Source: an uncultured Clostridia bacterium (GTDB taxonomy: Bacteria > Bacillota > Clostridia > Christensenellales > UBA1242). Taken from it: DNA of 59,473 bases. The stretch spans positions 1-59,473 of the forward strand of contig CALVNQ010000004.1 of the NCBI GenBank assembly GCA_944349895.1, read 5' to 3'. Every line of letters starts with the position of its first letter. The first letter of the stretch is position 1. Positions 47,527-58,700 of this stretch are shown in pieces. Both the position numbers and the translations under genes were made by a program. The notes below the pieces were generated by a model, which was given only the letters and a program-made list of their open reading frames with translations, was not told the DNA's origin and searched no databases.

Positions 47527-48911
47527 AAAGAGTAGAATTAAAAGATTTACAAAAAGATTTTATTAAATATGATGGTAAAATAATTAAAGTATGTGGTTGG
47601 ACAAGAACAATTAGAGACTCAAAAAACATAGGCTTTATAGAGCTTAATGATGGAGCGTTTAAAAGTGTTCAAGTGGTTGTAGAAAGAGCAAAACTTGAAA
47701 ATTACGACTATATTGTAAAACAAAATGTGGGAGCTGCTTTTGAAATTTTGGGCAAAGTAATTATAACACCACAATCAAAACAACCTTTTGAAATAAATGC
47801 CGAAAAGGTTGATGTTCTAGGAGAAAGCGCGACAGACTATCCTCTACAGAAAAAAGGACATACTATTGAGTTTTTGAGATCAATCCCTTTTATAAGACCA
47901 AGGGGAAATTTATTTAACGCTGTTTTTAGAATACGTTCAGTTGCTGCTTTCGCGATTCATAAATATTTTAATGAAAGGAATTTTGTATATGTTCACACTC
48001 CAATAATCACAGGCAATGATTGTGAAGGAGCCGGAGAAATGTTCCAAGTTACAACACTTGATTTAGAAAATTTGCCAAAAAAGAATGGAGAGATAGACTA
48101 TAAAAAGGATTTTTTTGGTAAAAAGGTTTCATTAACTGTTTCTGGACAACTGCATGAGGAATGTTTAACTCATGCTTTTGGTAAAACATACACATTTGGG
48201 CCAACTTTTAGGGCGGAAAATTCTAACACGACAAGACATGCAGCTGAATTTTGGATGATGGAACCTGAAATGTGTTTTTGTGATCTTAATGAATTGATGG
48301 ATGTTGAAGAAGAAATGGTAAAATATATTATTTCTTATGTTTTAGAAAATTGTAAAGATGAAATAGAATTTTTGAATAAATTTGTTGATACAGGACTAAT
48401 TGATAGATTAAATAATATAGTTGAAAACAATTTTGAGCGATTGGATTACAGTAAAGCTATCGAAATATTGTTGAATTCAAACAAGAAATTTGTATTTCCA
48501 GTTAAATGGGGGCTTGATTTACAGTCTGAGCATGAAAGATATTTAACCGAGGAAGTGTATAAAAAGCCGGTGTTTTTAATAAATTATCCTAAAGAAATCA
48601 AAGCGTTCTACATGAGGTTAAACGATGATAATAAAACCGTTGCAGCTGTTGATCTTTTGGTGCCTGGAATAGGAGAATTAATTGGTGGAAGTCAAAGAGA
48701 AGAAAGACTTGATGTTTTAAAACAAAGAATGAAAGAAAAAAATCTGAAAGAAGAAGATTATCAATGGTATATCGATACAAGAAGATATGGTACTAACAAA
48801 CATTCTGGTTTTGGTTTGGGTTTTGAAAGAATGGTTATGTATCTAACCGGGATATCTAACATACGCGATGTTGAGATTATGCCTAGAACGGTTGGTTCTT
48901 TAGAAGGATAA
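47523..48911 (+). CDS. asnS: Asparagine--tRNA ligase
   Basis: [64 protein letters not shown]. Confidence 0.97.
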   Translation: MKRVELKDLQKDFIKYDGKIIKVCGWTRTIRDSKNIGFIELNDGAFKSVQVVVERAKLENYDYIVKQNVGAAFEILGKVIITPQSKQPFEINAEKVDVLGESATDYPLQKKGHTIEFLRSIPFIRPRGNLFNAVFRIRSVAAFAIHKYFNERNFVYVHTPIITGNDCEGAGEMFQVTTLDLENLPKKNGEIDYKKDFFGKKVSLTVSGQLHEECLTHAFGKTYTFGPTFRAENSNTTRHAAEFWMMEPEMCFCDLNELMDVEEEMVKYIISYVLENCKDEIEFLNKFVDTGLIDRLNNIVENNFERLDYSKAIEILLNSNKKFVFPVKWGLDLQSEHERYLTEEVYKKPVFLINYPKEIKAFYMRLNDDNKTVAAVDLLVPGIGELIGGSQREERLDVLKQRMKEKNLKEEDYQWYIDTRRYGTNKHSGFGLGFERMVMYLTGISNIRDVEIMPRTVGSLEG

Positions 48912-48974
48912 ATTTTGGAAGAAAGATATATAGAAAACACAAAAGGATTTTGGTTTTTCTTTAAAAAAGTAATA

Positions 48975-48999
48975 AAAGATCAGGCATAAGCCTGATTTT
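48975..48999. terminator. Bidirectional intrinsic terminator
   Basis: AAAAGATCAGGC-ATAA-GCCTGATTTTT between asnS and the convergent orphan. Confidence 0.8.
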
Positions 49000-49010
49000 T
49001 ATTGTTGTTA

Positions 49011-49802
49011 TTATCTTGTCAGGGTAGGTTTTTTCTTGTTTTTAGGTGTCTTTTCTGTTTTTCCAGATGTATCACCTGCAGTATTGGTTGATGAAGTTGC
49101 GTCTTTTGGAACAGGCGTTTCTGTAATGTCAGTAGTTAAGTTTGTTTCATCGGTTGTAACTTCAGGATTTACGGTTGGTTCGTATGCATCTGTGACTAAA
49201 GCTGTTGAATTTGTAGGCGATGGGACAAATTTGTTAATTTCTTGCTGATATTCGTATTTCGGATGCGTTTTATCATAAACATCACTTATATTTTTGTTAA
49301 AGTTATCCACCATTTCCTGTTTTTTGTTCGTATATTTTGAGTTCAGTTTTTCCTTATATCGTTTTATTTTTGCCTTTATTTCATCACTATTATATTTATT
49401 TTTTTCCAGTAATTTCATATTTTTTTTATCTACTAAAATATTAATTAAATTTTGTTGCTTTTCTTTTATTTGTTTAACTCGAAAAAATCCGGCAGGTAGT
49501 TTTCTTAAAAAAGTTTTAATTTTTATTGTACTATCTTTATAGTTTTTTTCAATTTCTTCCATAATATTGTATACAGTAACTGCAAGTTTTTTAAATTCTT
49601 CTTCGTATAACTTACTAAAAGAGACATCACGTCGCTCATTGTTAAAAATATATTTTGCTCGTGGTCTATGTGTAATTATTTTAAAATAGCCAAAAGGACG
49701 CACATAAACATCGGCGCTCCAAGTTTTTTTCTTGTTTTTCCCTTGTTCGTCGCTCCTGTTTTCTGTTTGATCGTCAATTCCGGATTTATATTTATATTTC
49801 AT
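49011..49802 (-). CDS. Orphan protein: Lys-rich N-terminal part, Thr/Pro-rich low-complexity segment, basic tail
   Basis: 263-aa ORF, TTGACA-17-TAAACT promoter, GAGAGGA RBS, no signal peptide. Confidence 0.75.
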   Translation of the reverse strand: MKYKYKSGIDDQTENRSDEQGKNKKKTWSADVYVRPFGYFKIITHRPRAKYIFNNERRDVSFSKLYEEEFKKLAVTVYNIMEEIEKNYKDSTIKIKTFLRKLPAGFFRVKQIKEKQQNLINILVDKKNMKLLEKNKYNSDEIKAKIKRYKEKLNSKYTNKKQEMVDNFNKNISDVYDKTHPKYEYQQEINKFVPSPTNSTALVTDAYEPTVNPEVTTDETNLTTDITETPVPKDATSSTNTAGDTSGKTEKTPKNKKKPTLTR

Positions 49803-49905
49803 ATCAGTCCTCTCTTAGAGAGGAGTTTAACATACTTTTATAAATCTGTCAATATTGAAAATTAAAGACAAACAAAAAAAACGTGCCAAATTAAACACGT
49901 TTTTT

Positions 49906-49930
49906 TGGCGCCCCCTGTAGGATTCGAACC
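49906..49930 (-). repeat. Exact duplicate of the 3' 25 nt of tRNA-Asn (att-like)
   Basis: TGGCGCCCCCTGTAGGATTCGAACC at 49906-49930 equals 50034-50058. Confidence 0.92.
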
Positions 49931-50033
49931 AAGTGCGAACCTATAAAAAGCCAACTTGGAAGAAAGCGTGCTTTTTAGAAGGTCGCACGTTCTCATAAAA
50001 ACAAAAAAAGTGTATTAAAGGAATACACTTTTT

Positions 50034-50108
<75 letters not shown>

Positions 50109-50240
50109 ATGAAAGCTTTCAAGTTTGCGAAAAGCCATCAGGCTAATCGCAATTTATGCTTTGCAACACAGTTAGGGAGGGAGAAAAACTGTTTTGCGTA
50201 AGTAATAATATCACTCCTAAAAATAAAAGTCAATTATTTT

Positions 50241-50972
50241 ATGAAAAAAAATAATAATAAAGGCAAAAAAAGTTATATGAATGCTTTATTAATAAGTTTG
50301 CTTGGCATATTTTCTGTGAGAGGGTTATTTAAGGGTTTTGTAAAAAGTTTTTTTTCTCTGTTTGCTTTTTTGTTAGCCCTTGTTCTTTCTTTTTTTGTGG
50401 CTAATTATATAAAGAACGTTCTTGTGGAAAATCAAGTCTTTTATGGAGAGATTTATAATTTTATATGTGACAAAATTATAAACATAGATGAAGAGTTGTC
50501 GGCAAATCAGTTTGATTCAAAAGAAGAAATGATAAAAGAAATTGAAGATTGTAATATTTCGGAATACAAAAAGTTTTTATTAAGAGCTATTCTTGAAAAA
50601 GTTAATTTTAATAAATCCATGACAATGTCTCAAGCATTGATATTTCCCGTTTACAGTTTGATAATCACTCTCTTATGTTGGTTGGTTTTATTCGTAGTTT
50701 TATATGTTTTAATAAAAATTATCGAATATTATTTTCTGAGATTAGTTAGTCTAAAATATTTTAAAATGACAGATAGAACTTTGGGCTTTTTGTTTGGTAT
50801 AATTTTTGCCATGATAATTTATGTTGTTATTATCATTTTGCTAATTTTATTAAGTCATTTAATGTTTTCAGACTATATTTTAACAAAGATAAACGAAGGA
50901 TATCTATCTTCGATTATATACAATAAATACCAACAAAGAATTTTAGATTTATTTTATTCATTGATTTCTTAA
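50241..50972 (+). CDS. CvpA-family membrane protein
   Basis: SVRGLFKGFVKS, TDRTLGFLFG and four TM segments. Start uncertain (50241 or 50277). Confidence 0.75.
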   Translation: MKKNNNKGKKSYMNALLISLLGIFSVRGLFKGFVKSFFSLFAFLLALVLSFFVANYIKNVLVENQVFYGEIYNFICDKIINIDEELSANQFDSKEEMIKEIEDCNISEYKKFLLRAILEKVNFNKSMTMSQALIFPVYSLIITLLCWLVLFVVLYVLIKIIEYYFLRLVSLKYFKMTDRTLGFLFGIIFAMIIYVVIIILLILLSHLMFSDYILTKINEGYLSSIIYNKYQQRILDLFYSLIS

Positions 50973-51136
50973 GCATTTATAATTTCTTCTATTTCTTGAT
51001 TATCATTTTGAAGCTCTTCGGTTTTATCACGATAAGTTGAAGCCAATATACTCATAGCTATGATACCGATAAAAACCAATGCAATAAAACAATATAATAA
51101 TATTTTTAAAAGTTTATTTCTTTTTCCTTTTTCCAT
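50969..51136 (-). CDS. Short DivIC/FtsB-like septum formation protein (55 aa)
   Basis: Not in the track. MEKGKRNKLLKILLYCFIALVFIGIIAMSILASTYRDKTEELQNDNQEIEEIINA: basic N-terminus, TM, coiled coil; yabP-yabQ-divIC synteny. Confidence 0.65.
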   Translation of the reverse strand: MEKGKRNKLLKILLYCFIALVFIGIIAMSILASTYRDKTEELQNDNQEIEEIINA

Positions 51137-51449
51137 ATTTGACATTATAGCATTTTTTTAAAATAAAATCAAAAAATTTAGTTAATGAAAGTTGTTCCAA
51201 AATCAAAGCTATAAGAAAAGTTAAAATTGTGAAAAATCTGAAAGAACCGTAATTTAAAATAAGATTTAAGATATAAAAAATTAAAAAACACATAACTGTT
51301 GAGAAAAAGTAAAGGAATTGCTTAAGAACCTTATTTTTTTTAAAGTAACTTGCAACATATCTTGAGAAATCAAAAAACAGACCGCTCAAAAAACCTGATA
51401 TGAACAGTATAATAAAAATTAAAGGTTGTGAAAAAGTGCTGTATAGCAC
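51114..51449 (-). CDS. yabQ: Spore cortex protein YabQ-like
   Basis: SGFLSGLFFDFSR, LNYGSFRFF, hydrophobic; overlaps the yabP stop. Confidence 0.75.
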   Translation of the reverse strand: MLYSTFSQPLIFIILFISGFLSGLFFDFSRYVASYFKKNKVLKQFLYFFSTVMCFLIFYILNLILNYGSFRFFTILTFLIALILEQLSLTKFFDFILKKCYNVKYGKRKKK

Positions 51450-51700
51450 TATTTAAAAATCCTTTTTAATAGTGGTAGTTTTTGCGAATTATCACTAAAT
51501 TTTATGTTTGTTATCTTACCAGAAAAAGAAACCTCTTTATTGTCTAAATCTAATTTTTTTACTTCTAAATCAGAGCCAGATATAATTATGGAAGTTTCTT
51601 CACTTTCAACGACAGCTTGGTTTTGTGTTGAGGAAACCACCTTTGTTGCTCCGTTTATATTAATATTGTTTTGATTTTCTATAGATATAAAATTACTCAT
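51449..51700 (-). CDS. yabP: Sporulation protein YabP-like
   Basis: Start ATG 51700 behind GGAGG. INGATKVVS, IISGSDLEVKKLDL, SGKITNIKF, LLKRIFK. Upstream CATATT-13-CATATTAT resembles a sigma-E promoter. Confidence 0.85.
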   Translation of the reverse strand: MSNFISIENQNNININGATKVVSSTQNQAVVESEETSIIISGSDLEVKKLDLDNKEVSFSGKITNIKFSDNSQKLPLLKRIFK

Positions 51701-51791
51701 TATTCCTCCATAAAAAATATATATTTTATTCTCAGAAATAATATGCAACAAAAATAAAAATATGTTATAATATTTATGGAGAAATAAAAAT

Positions 51792-52619
51792 ATGCAAAAA
51801 TTCATAATAAAAATCGAAAAAAATCAAAAAATTCGTGATTTTTTATTAAATTATGGTTTTTCAAAAAAAGAAACAAATAAAATATTGAAAAATAAAGACG
51901 TAAAAATAAATGATATTAGAATTAATCAAAATGACTATGTTTTTGCTGGACAGGAAATTGTTGTTTACGCAAACGAGGATCCAAAAGAAAAATTTAAAAC
52001 AGTTTATGAAGATGAAAATGTCATAGTCTTAAATAAAAACAGCGGTGTGGAGGTCCAAGGTGAAAACGGATTGGAAGGATTAATTACAAATTCAATAGCT
52101 GTTCACAGATTAGACAGAAATACATGTGGGTTGTTAATAATGGCTAAAAATCAAAGCTCTGAAATAGCTTTAAAAAAAGCTTTTTTAGAAAAAAACATTG
52201 AAAAAAAATATATTTGCGAGGTTTATGGCCAAACAAATTTTAAAGGAGAAGTTTTTAAGGCTTTTTTAGTTAAAGATCAACTAAGAAGCGAAGTTAAAAT
52301 TTATTCAAAATATGTAAAAAATGCAGTAGAAATTCAAACAAAGTTTTTAACTGTCAAAAATAGTTCTGAAACTAGTCTAGTCATAGCAGAACTTTTGACA
52401 GGAAAAACCCATCAAATAAGAGCTCATTTGGCTTTTCTGGGACACCCGATTATAGGAGATGGAAAATATGGGAAAAATTCGATAAATAAAAAATTTAAAG
52501 AAAAATATCAAAAATTATATTGTTTTTCTTTAAAAATTAATAAAATTGATGAAAATTTTAAATATTTATTAAAAAAAGAATTTATTTCAAAGCCAGATTG
52601 GGCGAAAAAATATATTTAA
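51792..52619 (+). CDS. RluA/RluD-family 23S rRNA pseudouridine synthase with S4-like N-terminus
   Basis: VYEDENVIVLNK, VHRLDRNTCGL, LLTGKTHQIRAHL, GHPIIGDGKYG. Confidence 0.93.
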   Translation: MQKFIIKIEKNQKIRDFLLNYGFSKKETNKILKNKDVKINDIRINQNDYVFAGQEIVVYANEDPKEKFKTVYEDENVIVLNKNSGVEVQGENGLEGLITNSIAVHRLDRNTCGLLIMAKNQSSEIALKKAFLEKNIEKKYICEVYGQTNFKGEVFKAFLVKDQLRSEVKIYSKYVKNAVEIQTKFLTVKNSSETSLVIAELLTGKTHQIRAHLAFLGHPIIGDGKYGKNSINKKFKEKYQKLYCFSLKINKIDENFKYLLKKEFISKPDWAKKYI

Positions 52620-52766
52620 ATTTTACTATTTTTGTATATTTTTTAAAAAAACTTAACAAATAATTTAGCAAATAAATATTTTTGTTTTTAAAAAATATTT
52701 TATTATATATTATTTTATTATTTATTTTATTTGATAAATTAATTAAAAAAGTGTTAAAATAAACAC

Positions 52767-55700
52767 GTGAGAACACGAACGAAAAATTTTAGAACAATAA
52801 TTATGTTTATTTTTGCGATCATTTTGTCGCTTCCTTTATTTTGTTTTGTAGGATGTGCTTCTCAATTTTCTTTTTTTGGAAATTTTTCACAGGAAAGTGT
52901 TACTTTGAAGGTAGGAGAAAGTTTTGAACCTGAAAAATTTTTTGAGAGCGAAAAGTTTGTTTATTTCGAAAGTGAAAACGATAGTATAATTTCTAAAACC
53001 GAGAGCAATACTTTTGTGGCAAACAAAAATGGGGAAACAGTTATCAAAGCTTTAAACAACGGACTTTTAATTGATGTTTTGAAAGTTTACGTTAAAGAAA
53101 TGTTTAACACGCCGACAAATTTACATATTTCAAATGATGGACTTATAACATGGGATGATTGTTCGATAATATTAAATGGTCAAACTTATAAACCTGAATA
53201 TACGGTTAAATTAAAAAATCAAGATGGAGAAGTTTTATATAAAGTCAAATCAAATTCATTTCAACTTGTAGATAGTGGCCAATATGAAATTTCAATAAGG
53301 GCTGAAGGCAATGATACGGTAGAAGGCTCAGATTATTCTAAAACAGAGACTTTTAAATTTTCAATGGTCGATCAAGCTGTTGATTTTGTTTTTAATAGTG
53401 AAAAAATTTTTGGCTCCCAAAACGGTAATTTTACTTGGAAGGGATCTTCTTATGGTGAAATTATAATTGACGGAATTTCTAAAGATGTTTGGGGAAACAT
53501 TGGCTCTATTAATTTCGAAAGTTATCCTGAATTGAGCCAAATAGATGTGGACATTATATTAAGAAATTCTACATTGGGAGAAAGTAAAACAGTTAGCACA
53601 ATTATCAAAAAGTTATACACCCCGAATTTATTAATTCATGACAACTTAATTTCGTGGGATATGGCCGAAGGAATGGAATCTTTAATGATTCATTATGATT
53701 CATTAAAGTCTGCGTCTGTTAGCGGCGAGATCACAGTTAATTCTAATTCTACCATTTTGAATGGACTGGCAGAGGGGATTTATACTCTTTCTTATCAAGC
53801 TATGGGGAAAAGTAATTTTGCTAATGGCAATAAAAAGACTACTTCAAATTTGGTAGGGAAAATTTCTAATGTCAATACTCAATGTGAGATTGTTGGTAAT
53901 GAATTAGTGGTTAAATTTTCTACAACATCTGAATATAATAAAAAATTTATTGTTTGTCACAATTCTAACAAATACCAATTTGAATTTGCTTCTGAAAAAG
54001 AGGGTGAAGAATATGTGTTAACTCAAAGTTTTGAGCTTGAAGAAGGAGAAAATCTTTTTTCAGTTCAAGCATTGCCCACACTTGTCGATGGAGTTTTTAA
54101 TTATGATGGTATTGTAACTTCTAATGTGCTTATGAGTGATGAAAAACTCTTTATTAGTGTTTATAATTTAGATCAAGTTAAAAATTTAATTCATAGTCTT
54201 GATGAAAACGGGAGCTCAATTTTACAATTTGATGAAGTCCAATTTGCTGATAAGTATAATATTTTAGTTAATGACATTATTGTTGAAAATGCTGAGTTTG
54301 TTAAGGAAAATAATGTCGTAAAAGCAAACATAGGGATAATAAGTAAAGAAAAATATGGTGATGTTGATATCTTTGAAATTAAGATTATAGCGACAAAGGA
54401 AGAGATCCCTGATCAGGCAGTAATAGATAGCGAAACCATAAAATCTCTATATATGCTTTCTTCTCCAACACTGAACTCATTAAATGGAGGGCAATCAGTT
54501 GGTAACCTCTATATTTGGCAAGCTGTAGAAAATGCTGAATATGAATGCAAATTATATATAACTGACAGTAGTTTTGATATTCAAAATGTGGAAGCATCGG
54601 TGATATCTGTTAGCGAGCCTTATCTTCAGTTTAATGATGCGAATTATTATGTTTTACAAGTAAGATCTTATCCTGTTGATGAGAATAATTATTTGCCTAG
54701 TGATGAATATAGTTATGATTATTTCTTCATAGCGAAAAATTTAAATTCCCCTCAGTTAAGACTTGATTTCGATGAAGATGTTTCACAAAATTTAAACTTT
54801 TCGGGATATGTTTTAAAAATCAAGACGGTCGAGAACGGTTATAAGTATGATGTTTACTTAAACGATCAATTACAAGGCAGCGTTTTTAATGAAAACTTTG
54901 ATAAGGATATTCTATCTTTTAATTTTGACAAACAGATCATTTTTAGTGATGTTAATCAACCGTATGATATCAAGGTAATAGTTTCAGCAAAAGATACCGA
55001 ATCTCAGTTAATACACCTTAATGCTACTGCCAATTTAGAGGTTAATAGGTTAGCACCTCCTAGCAACTGTTCGGTTGATGATGAAACTAAAAGTATTGCG
55101 ACTTTTATAAATGGTATTGACGAAAGTGTGCTGGTGGTTTATAAAGATGGAACGGAACTTGACAGAAGTAAACAGCCTGGTGCAAACGTATCTGTTTCTA
55201 TTTCCAACTTTGATGGAGATTTTGTATTAAAAGCGCAGTTATTGGGTTTTGATGAATTTAATAATTATTCGAGTAATGGTGTTACATATTTGTCAAGCGA
55301 ATATTATACTTTTAACTTTCATAGAAGTACCACTCCTTATGACTTAAATTATTCGAACGAAGTTATAAGTTTTGTGCATAATGATAGAGTGGAAAATTAT
55401 GTTGTTAAAATTAATGTGACATCAGCTAATGGAAATATCACCAGAGAAATTTATACTGACAAAAAATCTTTTAATTTAGAAAATGAGCTTGCACAGTTGA
55501 GAGAAACAGATGAAATTTTTGACAGCTACTTTACTCAAAAAACAGAAGTTATAATACAGGTTTATGCAGACATTAATCAACTAGAAGAAAATATTTATTA
55601 CCTACCTTCCAAAAATGCTACATTGAAGTACGATACAACAAGCACAGATTTGGTAATTAAAAAGCTTGATGAGGTGGTTTTAGATTTTGATGAAGAAAGT

Positions 55701-58700
55701 CAAAAAATAGTTTGGCAAAAAGTTGAAGGCGATAATGTAAGATATGAAGTTTATTATAACGGACTTTTACAAACCACAATAAATAATCCTTCTCTTTCGA
55801 GTTATGAATACGATGTTTCATCTTATAATTTTGCAATGCCAGGAGATTATGATTTTTACATAATCGCAAAGAGCGATAATTCATTACCTTCTGATAAGTC
55901 TAAAAATATTACTTTCTATAAGCTTTCTAACGTCGGAAGTTTGAATGTTTTTGAAGTGAACGGTGTTTATAAAGCTTCTTTCGTCCTATCTAATGATGAA
56001 TTAGATTATATTTCTGAAATAATTGTTAATGATGAAAGTATAGGAAGTGTGCCCGAATTTACTTTAGATGATGAGGTAATCTCGGTTTATGTTAAGGGAA
56101 AAAATTATATAGAAAATGGTAATAAAGTTTTCTTCATTTCCAGTGATAAAAGTAATTTCAATATAATTAAATTAGTAGCAAATGAAAATTATTTAGCGAA
56201 TGTCGAAATAACAGGACATAAACTTTCTTGGGCAGATTATGCTACTTTATATGTAAATAATTGGATTTTATCAGGCACTAGTCAAAATTTAAAATATAAA
56301 ATTAACATATATGATCAGGAAAATCAATTCATACAAAGTATTTCCAACATTTCTTCAACACAAATTAGCCTTACTATTGAAATTTTCCAAAATTTAAGTG
56401 ATGGGGTATATAATTTATCTTTACTTGCTTATATCAGTGAATATACAATTCTTGATAGTGGTAAAGGTTATTATGGAGAAATATTATTAGAAAAAGACAT
56501 AAGTCTTAAAAAGTTGAATCAAGTCACAAATCTTAAGGCATCAATAGACAACAGCAAGGTCTCAATTGATGAAGAGATGTCAAAATATGTCAACCTATCT
56601 TGGGAGTTTAATGATGTCGCAACTTCTGATGTGAATTTCGAAATTTATTTAAATGATTCGTTAATCGCTACTACAAAAAATAATAATACTTTTATTGTTC
56701 AATCTATGTTTGATAAAAACGAAAATATTGTATCGGTCAGAGCGATATCTTCAACTGATGTATATTCTGATTTTGTCACCACCACAGTCTTTAAATTTAA
56801 TGCACCTAAGATTTCGATTAGTGATGAGGCTGTTTTAAGTATCTCTGTTCAAGATACTTATTCGGTGAGCGAGGGTTTTGTAATAGAGCTGGAAATTGAA
56901 AATAAGGTTCAAACTATACATACTCTTGCACAACAAATTGATTTAAATAAGTTTATTAATGCTATGAGTGGTACTTATGTAGTAAGAGTTATTCAAAAAG
57001 CTACTTCACAAATTACGTTGCCAAATCAAAGAATAGCTTCAATAAACGGTATTGTGCTCAAGAAACCGAAAGTTGTTCAAGATGAAACAGGATTAACTTT
57101 TTCCACTTCAGATTTCGGAGTAAAATACTATTTGCGATCAGAAGATTTAGGTGTTGATGATTGTTTGTTAGAAGGAAACCGTTTTGATTTCCCAGATACT
57201 TGGCTTTCAGGACAATATGACATGCTGGTTTATGCTGTCAAAGCAGGTTGTATCAATTCTTGGACAGGAGCAGAAGCACAGTTTACAATCAATATTCAGA
57301 GAATTACAAATGTGCCTTATATTACTTCTACCAGAAATGAAGATTATACTGATTTTAATTTGAGTTGGGATAGCATAGATAATGCTGTGGCTTATAGAAT
57401 AGAAATTTATCAAGAAAATAAAAATATTGGTTCTTTAGATATAAAATCTGGAAATAATATATTGTTATCAAATTTAAAGAAACTTGTTGAAACAATTACA
57501 CATGGAGAATATCTATTTGTTTTTAGAACTTTAACAGATTATAATTCAACCGGGCTGACTAATTCATTGCCTTATAGTTTCAATGTTTCAATTTTAGAAA
57601 ACACCGTGGAAAATTTAACAACTAACGATGTTGGAATTTTGAAGTTCGATGCACAAAACAACGGTCCAGGATTTTTTGCAATGGCAGAGAATGCTTCCAC
57701 TAACGAAAAGATCACTACAATTTTAAATGCTACTCAAAAATCTTGGTTAATTGAAAATATTTCTGGGAAATTAGAAATTACAGTTGTTCAACTTGCCGGC
57801 AATGAAGCTGTTCAGGTTTCTAATGATGGTTTGTCTTTCGATGCAGAACCTCAAAAAATTGTTTTATACAAACTTAAAGACATACTTTCCATAGAAAATC
57901 AAGCTGAAAGCGGGAAATTATTCATAACTGTAGAAAATGAGAGCGAGGGACTTTTCAGGACATTCTATGTTAAAACTGTTATAAATGGGGAAACTTATGT
58001 AGCTTCTTTGCCTTATAACAAAATAAGCGATACAAATTACGAAGTTTTAGCTATTGAAATCGCAAAACTTTTTCCTATTAGTCAAGAAGGGATATTTAAC
58101 TTTTCAATTTACTCTGTGGCGCCTGGGACTTTAAGAAGCGAAGAATTTGATTATAGTTTTGAGTTTAAATTTAGCAACGATTCTGTCCAATCAAAAAAGT
58201 CGAATGAATTTTTGGACTATATAGTTTTGTCGACAGATCAAGCAAGTGATGTATCGAAAATACATTTATTAATTCTAGAACCATATACTAACAAATATTT
58301 AGATGTGTCTGGTTTTATTGAAAAAGGTTGGTGGACAAAACATAATTACTATGAAAATGGTCAACTGAAAACAGAAGAATTCTTCTCTGATACTGACATG
58401 ACTACTGTTGGGTCAGAGAGTGAGTATATTAGTGAAGAATGTTATGCAATTAATATGACTCAATTATTCTTGGAAGAATTTGCGAGATTTAGTGGTAATA
58501 TAAGTTTGCAAATAGGGTATATAACTTCTCCTTTTATAGTAAATTATTTTAGCGAGGTGTTTAATTATACTAAATTGTCTTCTGTTTCGAATCTCAAAAT
58601 AGATCTTGGTAATTTAAAGTGGGATAATAGTAACACTTCTAATACCGGTTTTATACTTTATTTCGAAAATGAAGAGGGAATTGACACGCAAATAATAACT

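Noticed and set aside
49906-49995. A second tRNA gene, or a prophage att site with a full element
   Set aside because: No D-arm, anticodon arm or acceptor 5' strand, and no integrase nearby; reported as a repeat module instead.
50241-50972. Bacteriocin locus suggested by the name colicin V production protein
   Set aside because: CvpA is a general membrane family; no bacteriocin, immunity or exporter genes are adjacent.
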